A stretch of 64,000 nucleotides of DNA, from NCBI RefSeq assembly GCF_006345805.1, contig NC_042997.1, positions 104,160,001 through 104,224,000 on the forward strand, read 5' to 3'. A program made the translations under genes and the position numbers. A model generated the notes under the pieces. It did no database searches and was not told the DNA's origin. It was given only the letters and a program-made list of their open reading frames with translations. The stretch is from Octopus sinensis. Its lineage: Eukaryota. Positions within the stretch are counted from its first letter, which is position 1. Each line of letters begins with the position of its first letter. Below, piece after piece: positions 1 to 14,629 of this stretch.

Positions 1-7
1 TAAGTTA

Positions 8-183
<176 letters not shown>

Positions 184-2018
184 ATGTATGATGAATTTAT
201 GGAATAAAGTTCCATAAATCCCATCAGTTTATTAAGAATTGAAAAAACAAGTTGTTAAAATTTATAAGTTTAATTCTTGCAGACCATAGAGATATAATAA
301 TATAAATTCAGGATTGAGTTAAATTAAATATATATTAACTAACTCTTCAGTGCTGGAAGAAAAGATGTCATAATACAATGAACTTCAACAAGAATAGACC
401 AGAAAAAATTGGATCTAAGAGAGTCACATTTGTATCCGTGTGAGAAAGAGATAGGGGTTCGTGTCGGATATTGAACCATAACTAACGGCTTCAATGGTTA
501 TTTGAAGAAATAAGTAAAGATGTATAGGAGACGTTACCTCTATAGAAGAGTATGGAAATTAGAATTATAGCTCCATATAAGTAGCATGGGGCAACTATGT
601 AGTAGAAATGTCCAATGGGAAGACAATACCAAATTTAAATTAAAATTAAAAATTAAAAATAACGGCTGAAATCAGTACGTAGTGTAATATATATTTTTTT
701 TTAATCTATACAGAAGAATGAAGTTTAACGTGAAGTTGTATATGACAAGCTAATACTAGATAGTTAACGTAAACAAGTGGCAAAACGTACAGGAATGAGA
801 ATGAGTTAAAGTGGTAAATTGATGTATATATAAAGGACTCATGTTCACAGTAAAAAATCATGATAGGTAACACGTATATAACACGCAATAAAGGAGAAAA
901 TAAGTAAAAACAGAGAAACATTTATTAATATTACTATTAAAGTAGTATGTACTTGCGGTGTTTACAAAGACAAAAATATGAATTTAAAAAATAATAATAT
1001 GAAGTTAGAAATACTAAAGTAAACGTACATTTACTTTGGTCTATCTAACTTCATATTATTATTTTAATTCTGTACACTAATCATTACTGTATAAATGTGA
1101 ATTTATTATGTGGATATAGCAGCTGGAGTTTTCGAAACAGTTGTCCGCAATTATCTTCTTTCTCTTTGATTTTCGAAGAGATATTGACATCAGCAGGGCA
1201 GATGTTACTCTTGCATCTCATGATTCTTTTGCTACTATCTTCTTTTCCCTTTTTTCGAGCAGAAAGACCTGAAGTGGCCTATCTACTAAGAGTTAGATAA
1301 TCAGACCTTCTCCCATTTGCTATTAGTCTTAGTGACATTTTCTCAATTCCTTCGCGAGAGAAAGCATGGTGGATATTCAGACAGACTTCATCTGACTACA
1401 GCTGTTAACAGCTGTGCTCACAGTATGTTCGTATAATTGTCACAAAAGTAAGGACAAACCCTTGGTTATGCCTCAATTTTATCACTGATTACATAGCTAC
1501 AGTACTCCTTGTATTTCTGAGAACCATTTTCTACGTTTTATAGGATGTCCAAATCTAGGTCTCAAAAACCAAGTACACGCTTCTATATGACTTGTTCGGG
1601 CCTATGAAATACATATCCTGCTGCATACTGCAAAAGATTTTCAAATTCAAATTCAAGGAAAAAAACAAAACACATTATGTCTGCTTTCTCTCTTTCTGTG
1701 GTAAATTAACGAGGCAACGACGCACTGTCTTTTGTAAAACAATGTTACATTACAATTTCTCCAATCGCTCTCTTATTCTCAAGGTGGTTTATATCCATTG
1801 CTCCCCGCCCTTTGATCCACAACGTTTGCAAATGGTGCTGTGTTCTCAATGTTATTGGTGCTGCCGTTTTATGTCGATAGTAGATTTTATTACCATTGAA
1901 ATTGTTTCCATCGGTGTTCTTCCTTTGGATCTTATCCATCGTACAAGCAGCTTGTGTCGCTCTCACTCTCCCTTTCCCCCTCGCTCTCTCTTCTCTCCTC
2001 CCCTTTCCCCTCTCCCTT

Positions 2019-2062
<44 letters not shown>

Positions 2063-2394
2063 CTTGCTTCTAAGTAATTTCTCATTTGAGAATTATTTGC
2101 AGGCGTGTATATTTACGCTACTGCTAAGAGTAATGTTAGTTCTAAGGAAAAAAAAATGTTGCCTTGTAACACATGTAATTATTGCAAAGGGCTACATGTG
2201 AGATATGTGTAAAAAGTTTAAAATGCCTACGAATAAACATTTCGTCAATCCTAGGCAATGAATTAAACTGAAGCTGTTTCACCATTAAAAAGACTCCACC
2301 TTCTAATTTTTTTTCGTTTTTTTCATTAGAATATTCGGAAAGAAAATATTTTCCATGTAGATCTTTCAGAAACGTGACCTATGACAAAAAAAAG

Positions 2395-2635
2395 TAGCAC
2401 CGACACCATCACCACCGCCACCACAAATACCACTACCACCACCACCACCGACGCCGCCACAAATTCCACCACCACCACCACCACCACAAACAACAGCAAC
2501 AACACCACTACCAAAAACAACACACCACCACCACCAACAGCAACAACAACAACAATAATAATAATAATGATAATAATGATAATAACAATAATAACAATAA
2601 TAATAATGATAATAATGATAATAATAAAAATGATG

Positions 2636-2690
<55 letters not shown>
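2395..2690. repeat. Compound trinucleotide microsatellite (ACC)n-(ACA)n-(ATA)n
   Basis: Direct inspection; source of the poly-T/N/I ORFs. Confidence 0.95.
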
Positions 2691-2692
<2 letters not shown>

Positions 2693-3566
2693 GTGATAAA
2701 GAATGGAAGAAATTGAAAATAGAAGTGACAGGATCAAGTATCTTTTCTGAGGTAGTTAAATGGTATAATACTTGCTGATAAGAGGAATTAAGCGAATAAA
2801 TAAAGGGTGATAATAAAGAACCTAAAACAAAAAATTGAGAAAAATAACTGATGTAAAAAAAAAACACATGTAATGAAAAGACTGAAAATAACAAACGTGA
2901 TGTAAAAAGGCTTTCCAATATCAACCTGCTCCCCACCCGACCGTCTCCTCCCCCATCGCCTCCTCTTCGTCTTAGTCATCAAAATCATCATCATCATCGT
3001 CGTCATCATCATCACTACCACCACCACCACAAGCATCACCATCATCATCATCATCATCATCAAGATCATCACCATCATCGTCGTCATTATCAGCAGCACT
3101 ACCGGTAGCAGTAGTAGTAGTAGTAGTAGCAGCAGCAACATTACCATTTACCAAAAGAATGATCGTAATAGCCATAAAGTTTACAGTGGTAATAATGTGT
3201 ACGTGTATGCAACTAAACATTTTCATATATATTCATACATACATACATATAAAAATTTACGCACACATATATAGAGACGTGTCTATATTTGCATATATTA
3301 AATATATACATATATACATACATTTTTTATTGTTCTCTTTTGTGGATATATATATATATATATATCTATATATGTATATATATACATTTCAATAAACATA
3401 GACATAAAAACACACATACTTATAAGTATATACATGTATTTACATACATATATATATATATATTCTATATAAAACTGCACAGAGGTATATATATGCACAC
3501 ATGCGTATGTATCATATACCTACATACATATACATACATACACACAGACACTCATCTATGTTTACT

Positions 3567-3637
<71 letters not shown>

Positions 3638-3776
3638 CCTATATATATATATATATACACACCACATATATATATATATTATTATATATATATATATATA
3701 TATATGCATATTTGTATATAATATATATGGATATACATGCATATATATATGCACATATATGAATGTGTTTACATTC

Positions 3777-3822
<46 letters not shown>

Positions 3823-4010
3823 CATACATACATACATACATACATACATACATACATACATACATACATACATGCATACAAACGTACACACACACACATA
3901 AATGAGTACACAAGAGTAAAGGAAAAAACACACAATAACGTGCACATAATCGAAGAATTTGATAGAAAAAACGAAGCCTGGGAAAGTGAGAGGGTGTCAG
4001 GGAGGGAGCG

Positions 4011-4047
<37 letters not shown>

Positions 4048-5204
4048 TGAGTGAGGGCCAGAGACAGGGTAACTCAAATAATACCGATGTGACGAAGATA
4101 TATGTGACTTCATGGCACTTCTGGGATCTTTTCTGACTTGCTGTGAAATAAAGAATTTCGTTTGTCACTTTAATAACATTTCAGAGACGAAACCGCTTTA
4201 TTGGTGAAATATCCGCGTAGTTTACAAAGAAATGGATACAGTTATTATGCCGTAAACCCTACACATCATATAGTGGAGCAGTTATGCGTGTGTACATATA
4301 TATACACATTACGTGAACGTGTGTATGCTTTTATGTATATATGCTCACACGAATATACTTTCGGGATAAGTACTTATTCTGAAACATAAATAAGAATATC
4401 TATTTACGCACACTCATACGCACACACACACACACACACACATATATATACACATGTGTGCGTGTGTGTGTGTATGTGTATATATATATAAAGGAAGAGA
4501 GGGAGGGAGAGTGCGCGCAAGTAGATGACAGGTACATTGGTGTACGTAAAATATGTTATAAATATGATCGTCTGCACCTGTCTTTATCTCTCTAGCTTTC
4601 TCTTTGTCTCTTTGTCTCCATCTTCTACATAGTAGATGTGGGTTCGATTCTCAGGCGTACTAACATCCACTGTTCAGTATATACATTATATACATAATAC
4701 ATGTATTCATAATTGTGAGTGTTTGTGTGTGTGTGTGTTGTGTGTACATATATATATTATATATAATATATATATATATATATAATAATATATATATATA
4801 TGTGTGGTAAAAGTAAGATCCAAGGATCGAAGTGTAGGAAGTTAGTAAGCTTCAAGCTGTCCATAGAAACTATAAAAAAAACAGCTTTCAGGAACAATAA
4901 TGGTTTATTGATGTTGAAGATTGCAAATTTCTTCCATAACGAAGTTCTATAAGCTAAATAAAGTCATCTTATAGTTCACGGTTAGCAATTGGGGTTGCAA
5001 TGAATGCGAATAAAATTCCAAAATGTGGAGAATGGATCAAGCAAAAATCCTGGCTACACATGTCCCCTAGGGTTCAGTCTAACTGCATGACGTCTTGTGC
5101 AAGTGTCTTTTGGCCGACCAAAAAATTGTGAGTAGATTTAGCAGACAGAAACTGAAAGAACCTTCTTGTTCATATATATATATATATATATTCTTTCACG
5201 CCTT

Positions 5205-5580
5205 TAATTATTCCAGTCATTTGACTGTGGCCATACTGGAGTATGGTTTTAGTCGAATAACTCAATCTCAGGAATTATTCTTTGTAAGCCTAGTACTTAT
5301 TTTATCGATCTCTTTTATTGCCGAACCGCTATATTACGGTGACCATAAACACAGCAGCATCGGTTGTCAAACGATGGCGACGGGACAAACACAGACACAG
5401 ACAGACAGAAAGACAAACTTACACACACAAACACGCACATACATATATAAGTACATACATACATATGTATATATATGTGTGTGTGAGAGAAGAAACTAAC
5501 CCATGGTGTCACGCCGTGGGACTGAACTCAGAACCATGTGGCGTGGAAGGAATCTTTTTACGGCACAGCCACTCCTGCAC
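5205..5580 (-). mobile_element. SINE family A copy
   Basis: Homologous to 62760-63150. Confidence 0.75.
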
Positions 5581-5874
5581 CTATATGTATATGCTTATTG
5601 ATATATTGTGATCTGGGTCGAACGACTACCATTTCTAGCAGGTGTATCGGCACTGAAGAAGGATGTTGTTCGTTCCCTTGTTTGCAATATTATCGAACAC
5701 AGATATTGTATCGTTGACTGGCTGAAGGAGGTGTCCAGAGGTTTAAAAGAGTAGTAACATTTTTTTATGCAGAACAACCACGTTGGGGTGGTAAACAACC
5801 ATTATTTTCAGTGCAGTTACTACTTAGAGCTCTTAAAGCGATTTTAGAACTAGCAGCTTTGCTCATATATATAT

Positions 5875-5924
<50 letters not shown>

Positions 5925-6230
5925 ATGTGTTTGTGTATATATATGTATATATAAATATATATATATAATATAATGTAATATTATATATATGTGTGTATTA
6001 TATCATTCAAAGGAATTCCAGCTCTGTTTTTTATGTTTTATTCATATTCTTCGTAATATTCATGTAGAATATAGAATATGTAGTATAAATAGTATATATA
6101 GTAAAATGAAATGAAGTTTTGTCTTATTGAATAGATAAAATATTGTATACCAAATATTAAGGGACTAGTATACTTTCTTGCATTTAAGCAGACTTCAAGG
6201 TCCCAGGTTGTGACAGGAAAGTTTCAACAG

Positions 6231-6279
<49 letters not shown>

Positions 6280-7428
6280 TGTTTCTTTATTAGCCACACA
6301 GGCTGCACACAGATAGAACAAATTACAAGGTAGAGCTTTTCTTTTTGAAATGGTATTAAAAAAAAAAAAACAAAAAAAGGAAGGGGAGGTTCGATCAAAA
6401 GGGATCGTAAAAGGAGAGAAAGGGACAAAAATAAGGGGTGTTTAAAAAAAAAAAAGGGGGGGGGAGAGGAAAAAAAATGATCAATAGGGACGTTATCACG
6501 AAATGTCAATATAAGTGTAAAGGGGAGGACAGGTGAGGTTTACCCGTGGAAAGAAAAGCCTGCGGAAAAGACCACGGTAACCTCGGTCAATGAAGTCACA
6601 TTTTATATTTCTTTTTTTTTTTTTTTTTTTTTTTTGCAAATAGCACTCTCTGTTTTCGATTTCTGGGTTCATAGGACTATGCTCAAGGTGGCTTCGTCAT
6701 TCATACGTGCCATTCTTGCTACATTCACCCATCTTTTTTAAAACATTCGCTAGACAAAACTTGCCTCTCTACTCTCACTTTCCTTTTCAAGTGGTACTTG
6801 AAGAAGTTGATGAGAGATTGACCAGAGAGGAAAGTGTTGTCTCCAATCTTTCAGACTCGTCCACCAGATACATTCCTTCGCCATAGCCACAAGGATGATG
6901 AAAATAGCTCTTCCTTCCCGTTTTGAAGGAAGGAGCGTGACAATATTGACGATAGACTCAGCTGATAACCGACTCGTCCCACACGTGACAGCAGTTGTTC
7001 GACATAAGCCCACAGGTCGGAAATTGTTGGACACTGAACGAGTGCGTGCAGAACGGTTTCGTCGCTCTGACCGCATCTCGGGCAGGTCGGCCCCGTGTTT
7101 CTCGACCGTGTCTGTAGAAGCTTATCCCGACGGGTAGCGCTTCTCGGTAGCACTGCCAGGCCAGGGATCTCTGGAAGTTGTCCATGGGCCCTGGCCGAAA
7201 GTCGTCCCGAACAGCGGGTCAGGTACTCCTCGTCGACGTCCAGGTTCGCCCCGAGCTCGTCTCGTACCTCCCCTCCACACTAAACCCCTATAGAATGCTT
7301 TGGTTGTGTTGAAGTCACTTAAGGTCGACCCAGGACGGCAGAGTTGCTTGAGAGCAACGGCGACACTCGCGTGCCATTCGCCCTTCCTCGCGCCTCTTTT
7401 TGATCCACGACTGCAGTTCGGTCATGGA
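6280..7428 (-). mobile_element. Tx1/L1-clade LINE, 5'-truncated 3' end (zf-RVT region plus 3' UTR), frameshifted
   Basis: LAWQCYREALPV...CPRCGQSDETVLHALVQCP...LWAYVEQLLSRV; AMAKECIWWT. Flanked by (GATA)n at 6231-6278 and 7430-7482. Confidence 0.8.
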
Positions 7429-7449
7429 AGATAGATAGATAGATAGATC

Positions 7450-7482
<33 letters not shown>

Positions 7483-7498
7483 TTAGATGTACACACAC

Positions 7499-7529
<31 letters not shown>

Positions 7530-7547
7530 TGTATGTATGTATGTATG

Positions 7548-7580
<33 letters not shown>

Positions 7581-8068
7581 GTCTATACAGTGTTTCATAT
7601 TCTTATCAATATTGAGACTGCAATAAAATTTTTGCCAGATACCTTTCAATTGATTCCAGTATTTCTAAAAAGTTACTTGGAAACAACTTCTAAGCGCATA
7701 AAATGACAGTCTTCTGGCACGATATATAAATTTTTCCATATAGTATAAGATTTGTGTACAGATAAATTTGTTTTCATACACACACACGCGCGCGCGCACA
7801 TACACACACATCTACACGCAAACACATCACGCACATACACTACAGGCCCCCACGTACATATGTCAATAAGTTTGTGTGTATTTGCATATACATATGTGAG
7901 TGTGCTGTGTGTGTATGCATGCTTGCATATACGTATATGTGTGTGTACATACAGATATGTATATATTATTATTATACACTTATGTATATTTTTTATATTA
8001 CATATATATATTTATATAAATTATTTATATCATATCACACACACACACACACACACACACACCACACA

Positions 8069-8118
<50 letters not shown>

Positions 8119-9058
8119 ATAAATACCATACACACGATCATATACATGTATTAGCTTCCGTGAGTTTGTCGATGTCTACATCTAAATCTGACAACATATT
8201 GTCAAAAAACAAACTACAACCATTGGACAGTATATAGGTATATATGTACATCTTCATGCACACCATATTTCAGTTTTTCTAGCCTCTCATTCTTTTAATT
8301 GTCTGCTAAACACATCACTACGACGATGATTGCGTGCATAAGTTTTTGGTGGAGTTCTTGCTAGTTTATGATTTTGTATTCAAAATCGTAGCAGATGTAA
8401 TAGCGATTGCTTGGCAACAGAAAAATTTAACGATTCGAAAGAAAACCATAGTTTTGTTTGTTTGTTCCTTTGCTTGTTTCTGTTTGAGAGGCTGAAAAAT
8501 TAAATGGTGGTATGGTGTTGGTACTGGTAGAGCAGCCATATTGTATATAACATTTTTTTTTTTATTTAGTCGGTGTTTTATTGCTGTTGTTAAATTGTGA
8601 ATTCTCAATCCCGTCCGATTTCTTAATACGAAGAATTTATTATACATCATTTAGAATTCTCAAATAATATTAGACAGCAATCATAAGTTTTTTTTCGGGT
8701 GTGTATGTTTATATACACACATAGACAATACATACATACACACATAATACATATATAATACATTCATACATACATGCATACATACGGGCAGACAGGCAGA
8801 CATACTCAAATACATACGTACATACATATATACATACATACAGGCACACATATAAATATATTTTTATATGTATACATATATGCTCAAATACATACACAGA
8901 TACATTCACATATATTCATACATTGTTAGTTGCATATAACGTGCATACATACATACACACACACGTTTTTAAATAATCATAATATATTATATACATACAT
9001 ATATACATATACATACATATATGTACATATATATATATATATATATAATATATATATA

Positions 9059-9095
<37 letters not shown>

Positions 9096-9109
9096 AAGTA
9101 TTTGCATTT

Positions 9110-9143
<34 letters not shown>

Positions 9144-9559
9144 TACATACATACATATATCTATATCTATCTATCTATCTATTTATCTCTTCTCTCTCTC
9201 TCTATCTCTCTCTCTCCTACTATATATATATATTATAATAATATATATATATATATTTGGCAGGGTGCGGAGACAAATTTGTGTCATTGTTCTATGTGAT
9301 TGACCAAATGCCTTAGTATCTATCGACGGGTAATAGCGGTCAGATCTCTTTCAAAAATGTCTTTAAAAATATTAGTACATACACACACGCGTGAGAGAAA
9401 TACAGACACAAACACACACACACACATGCATACATACATACGTACATACATACATACAGGCATACATACATACTTACATACATACATACAAACATGCATA
9501 CAGGCATACATACATACTTACATACATACAACATACATGCATGCATACATACATATACA

Positions 9560-9721
9560 CAACGGGCTTCTTGTTAAGTTTCCATCTACCAAATCCAATT
9601 ATAAGGTTTTGGTTGCCCCGAGTATATAGAAGACACACGCGCAAGATGCCACGCAGTGGGATTATACCCGGAACCATGTGGTTGGGAAGCAACCTCTTAC
9701 CATACAGTCACGCCTGTGCCT
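9560..9721 (-). mobile_element. SINE family A, 5' half
   Basis: Homologous to the head of 62760-63150. Confidence 0.7.
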
Positions 9722-10036
9722 ATATATTAAGGATAGAATGCCGATGATATGGAGTACATACTGTCTATAAACAAAGATTGGATTATCGGTGGACATATGA
9801 GTTTTAATTTCATGGCATTCTTCTCAGAAGCGTTGTAGAAAAAAATAAGACTTAACTAGAATAACGACAACACCAACAAACCTGAATGAGCGTTATTGAA
9901 AATATAAGAAAATGGATAGGAGCACTTCAAAATTACCTAAGAGCAACATGATATAATGCTTTAGATTATCGATAAAGTGATGTCGATACGGATATTAGAT
10001 ATGAACCAACAGCTAAGAGATTCTACATATATTATA

Positions 10037-10040
10037 ACCA

Positions 10041-10111
<71 letters not shown>

Positions 10112-10137
10112 CTCTGCTACTACTACTTCTGCTGTTG

Positions 10138-10176
<39 letters not shown>

Positions 10177-10344
10177 ACACCACTACCACCACCATCACTA
10201 CTACTACCACCATCATCGCTGCTACTACTACTACTACTACTACTACCACCAACACCATCACCACCACTACCGCCACTGCTGCTGCTACTACTCCTACTAC
10301 TACTACCACCAGCACTACCATCACCACCATCACCACCACCACCA

Positions 10345-10403
<59 letters not shown>

Positions 10404-10406
10404 GCT

Positions 10407-10437
<31 letters not shown>

Positions 10438-10440
10438 CCT
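10037..10440. repeat. Compound (CTA)n/(CCA)n/(CTG)n microsatellite
   Basis: Direct inspection. Confidence 0.95.
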
Positions 10441-10842
10441 GATGAACATGGAAATGCATTTCATATGTTCCCAGTGTCCAAATGTAAGTTACATCCATCT
10501 TGAAAGTAATCTTTATAGCTTTCAGTACTTTTATATCTTTCCATAATGGAGCTTCTTTCTTTGATTCGTTTTTATCAATTTATTGGGGACTAGTTAACAA
10601 GGATTCATGGTTTAGCTGTCAAGTAATAACTTGTCGGGAAAGAAATTTCAAAAGGATCTCTCTTTTTGTGCGTATATTTATTCCGTAAAACGTTGACATC
10701 AATAACTTGTTGCGAAGAAAACTCTTATTTCCAACTAACGCAGATACACGCCATGCGAACATACTTTGTGTCTCTCTATAGGACTCACCATTTCGCCTCT
10801 CTCCCCCTCTCTATCTCACTCACTCATTCATCCACCCACACA

Positions 10843-10889
<47 letters not shown>

Positions 10890-11146
10890 CTTTAGTCAAA
10901 TACATTCACAGGTACACGAGCAAACTAATACACATTATACATATAATACAAGCGTGCACACACATACACACCACACACAGAGAGAAAGGTGTATATTTAT
11001 GAAATGGCTACGTATGCATATTTGTGTATGTATATATTCATGTATATACATTCACTTATTTATTCATATAACTATACAAACGCACGCATACACATAAAAA
11101 AGAACACACGCATACATTTACACTATATATCGAATGTGTGTCTTTA

Positions 11147-11197
<51 letters not shown>

Positions 11198-11570
11198 TGA
11201 GAGAGAAAGAGAAAGAGAGAGAGAGAGAAAAGGAGTTTGGGAAGCTGATCAAATGCTATCAGAGCTATACGTAGTGGCTCATAATATATTGGATAAAATA
11301 TCCGTCCAATGGAAAGAAAATTGAAAAGAATCATCTAGAGGAATCAAAACAGGTGTCTGCAGATTGCTAGATAGGCGCGGTATCATTTGACCAAACTAAT
11401 ACTATAGTGTGACTCTTTGTTTATTGGTATATAGGATGTTCGATTTCCGTAGCTAGACAGATAGGAAATGGATTGCGAAAGAGGAGACAAATAGGGCATA
11501 AGAAAATAGTTAATGGTATCATTATTGGTTTTATATGCTTGAGTGTATCCACAAGTAGTTACTATATATT

Positions 11571-12065
11571 TTATCTTTTAGTTGCTTCCGTCATTAGACT
11601 GCGGTCATGCTGGGACACTACCTTCAAGAATTTTTAGTCGAATGACTCGACGCTAGTACTTATATTTTTGTAAGCATGGTACATATTCTATCGCTCTCTC
11701 CTTGCCAACACCGGCTGTCAAGCTGTAGTGGGGACAAACACAAATATAAACACACACACACACACACGCGCGCACATGCACACACACACACACACACGAA
11801 CATGCACACACACACGCACATGCACACAACACACGCACATGCACACACACACACGCACATGCACACACACACACACACTCACACACACACACACGTATAA
11901 GTATACACGATGGGATTCTTTCAGTTTCTGTCTGTGAAATACACTCACAAGGCTTTGGTCGGCCAGGGGCTAAAGAAGAGGACACTTGTCCAAGGTGCCA
12001 CGTAGTGGGAATGAACCCGGAACCATTTGGTTGTGAAGCAAGCTACTTAGTACACAGCCATGCCT
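11571..12065 (-). mobile_element. SINE family A copy
   Basis: Homologous to 62760-63150 with expanded (CA)n. Confidence 0.75.
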
Positions 12066-12116
12066 AAACCTATAGGATAAGCGCTGCCCCCTCGGCGGAG
12101 AACGTGTGTGTGTATT

Positions 12117-12559
12117 TACGAGGGATGGGGGCTGAAAAATTCCTGTATGTAAAGGTTTCGCGAAATGCCTTGTTGGAGGGCTATCCTCCTGAGTTCTGTT
12201 ATAGGGTTTAATAAAACTGAAGGACCACTGCAAAAAGTCTGTGAACATGAAGAGGGTAATATTGGGTTGTCCGGAAAGTTCGTGCCGATTTATAGTAGCT
12301 TACCTTTCGACTTACCCTCCCAGGCACCTCAATTCTGGGAAGAGAGTATTTTCAAGTTGGAGACGCATTGTGCAACAAAATGGTTCATATTTGGTTGATT
12401 AAAAATGTAATGGCAAACATGCATTGACCTTTTTTTTTTCCCTTTAAAAATCGGCACGAACTTTCCGGACAACCCAATATGTTGGATGAAATCAGTGTTA
12501 ACTGATCTTCCTGTAAGTTCTTTTACCCAAAGCCAGGAACTTTTCAGCCTATTCTCGTA
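12117..12559 (+). mobile_element. Mariner-derived deletion element (outer), interrupted by an inner MITE
   Basis: Imperfect TIRs TACGAG...GGCTGAAAA(A/G)TTCC at 12117-12143 and 12536-12559; remnant of a transposase-type C-terminus around the insertion. Confidence 0.6.
12262..12477 (+). mobile_element. Mariner MITE with perfect ~30-bp TIRs and TA target-site duplication
   Basis: TTGGGTTGTCCGGAAAGTTCGTGCCGATTT at both ends; interior homologous to the 3' end of the transposase in 58656-59220. Confidence 0.92.
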
Positions 12560-12617
12560 CATACATAACAGATATATTTTCAAGTATGTGTATGTCTGGA
12601 GAGATAGAAAGAGAGGA

Positions 12618-12677
<60 letters not shown>

Positions 12678-13777
12678 GTGAGTGAGTGAATATATTTCAT
12701 AAGCGTAAAAATAACAAGCAAAAGCAAACTATTTTGTTAAATGATTTTATGGCATAAAACTGACAGAATACTGTAAGATATGAGAGACCACAAAATTCTG
12801 TTTGGAAATTAAATTTAAATTCGCTATGTCCGCTCTGCGTATATTGTTTAATATTTAAATTTATTACCATTTTATCATTTTATCTTCATTTCCATTATCC
12901 GTAGCTTGAAATATAACTTACTCTGCCGTCTTTCACTCATTCCTTTATATGTTTTGTTTGTCTTCTGAATATCCATTCTGTTTAACTAATTTAAAACATT
13001 GTATGTTTGTACTACATAGTGAAAAAATGCCAGTGATTTATCTGTCTTTATGTTTGGTTCCACTCACCACAACTCACCCATTCTAACTATCTTGAATTCC
13101 TGAAACTTGTTTTAGAACCACGTATGGCAAAGTTGTTACTGATTCGAGATATTTGGCTAATAAGATTTTGGTATGCCGCTACTGTAACCTTTGACCGTCT
13201 GGTAATATATTACATATACATACATTCCTGGGTACACAAATAGTATAAACATACAATCATACTCGTACGTACAGACACACACATAAGCATACACATATAT
13301 GTGTATATTCATATATATATATATATATATTGGGTACATATTTATATATTAGTACATGTATGTTTGTATATATACATAAATATATGTTCATATATACATA
13401 CATATGTGTATATGCATTCACATATGTGTATGTGTAAATCTATGTGTATATTTCTATGTATGTATGGATAGATGTGTGTTTGCATGCTCGTCTTTCTGCG
13501 TTTGTATTCTTGTGTACGAACCAGTAAGCTGCAGATACATGTATACATATATACATAGTATACATACATGTATACATGAATTCAGCGTTTATTTTCACTC
13601 CAACACCGAACCATGTTGATGTTTGTATTGTATAGGATGACAATAACAACTATGAACCAGTATTCTCGTTTTCTCTTTCATTCTTCCCTTTTCCCTCTCT
13701 CACCTACGCACATATACAACTTACATTTAAACGCATCTTGTCTCCTGCGCTTACATACGTAGACACACACACACACA

Positions 13778-13830
<53 letters not shown>

Positions 13831-14629
13831 ACACACACAAACGCACACAGACACACACTGGCAGTGTATTACTTAATTACAGGTGTTAGCCGCATAGCAG
13901 TTAAAGCGGATCTTGGTCGGAATTGAAATCAGAAAATATTTTAAGGCGTTTTCTTCCTCCATTTGCAATTAATTAACATAATAGAAGAACCGATAGCTCC
14001 TTTCATCCTTTCGAGGTCGATAAAAGTTACTAGTTGAACATTGGGTTGGGTTGATGTAATGGATTTACCCACTCCACGGTTTTGCTGACCATGTATAAAA
14101 ATTTGAAAGCAATATATTAGCTTTGAATTGGGGACGGAAAAAAGGTTCTCGAAGAAACTCTGAGTGATATGGGGAGCCGGTTGGATTGATCTGGTCCGGA
14201 GGACTTCCAGTACATAGACTATGGTTAATTTCAAGACATCCCTGCACTGACAGAACTGCAAGAGAGTATTGATTGCTCGAGACAAAGTGAGCCGATCGCA
14301 GCAAATTAGATTTAACGAACTCCACCATATCTCCCACCATCATCGTTGTCCAGGACGCTCTGCAAATGTATCAGACTCAGGTCACGCATGTGAAACATTA
14401 TCCATGCTATTTGGAGGCTACTCTACTGTGAGTATTGTCACGATTTAAGCTGAATCGGTTCTCTCCACCAGAAGCGAAAGATCATACGCTCCACTTTGAT
14501 TATTTGCTTACTGGAACAAGGCACGACAAACACGTGGTAATACCGCAAGGCTATTTGGTCTTTAGTCATTTCGCTTCATCTGAGAAATTTTAACTATCCT
14601 TTTCTCGGCCTTTTTTCTTTGCCGGGTGG

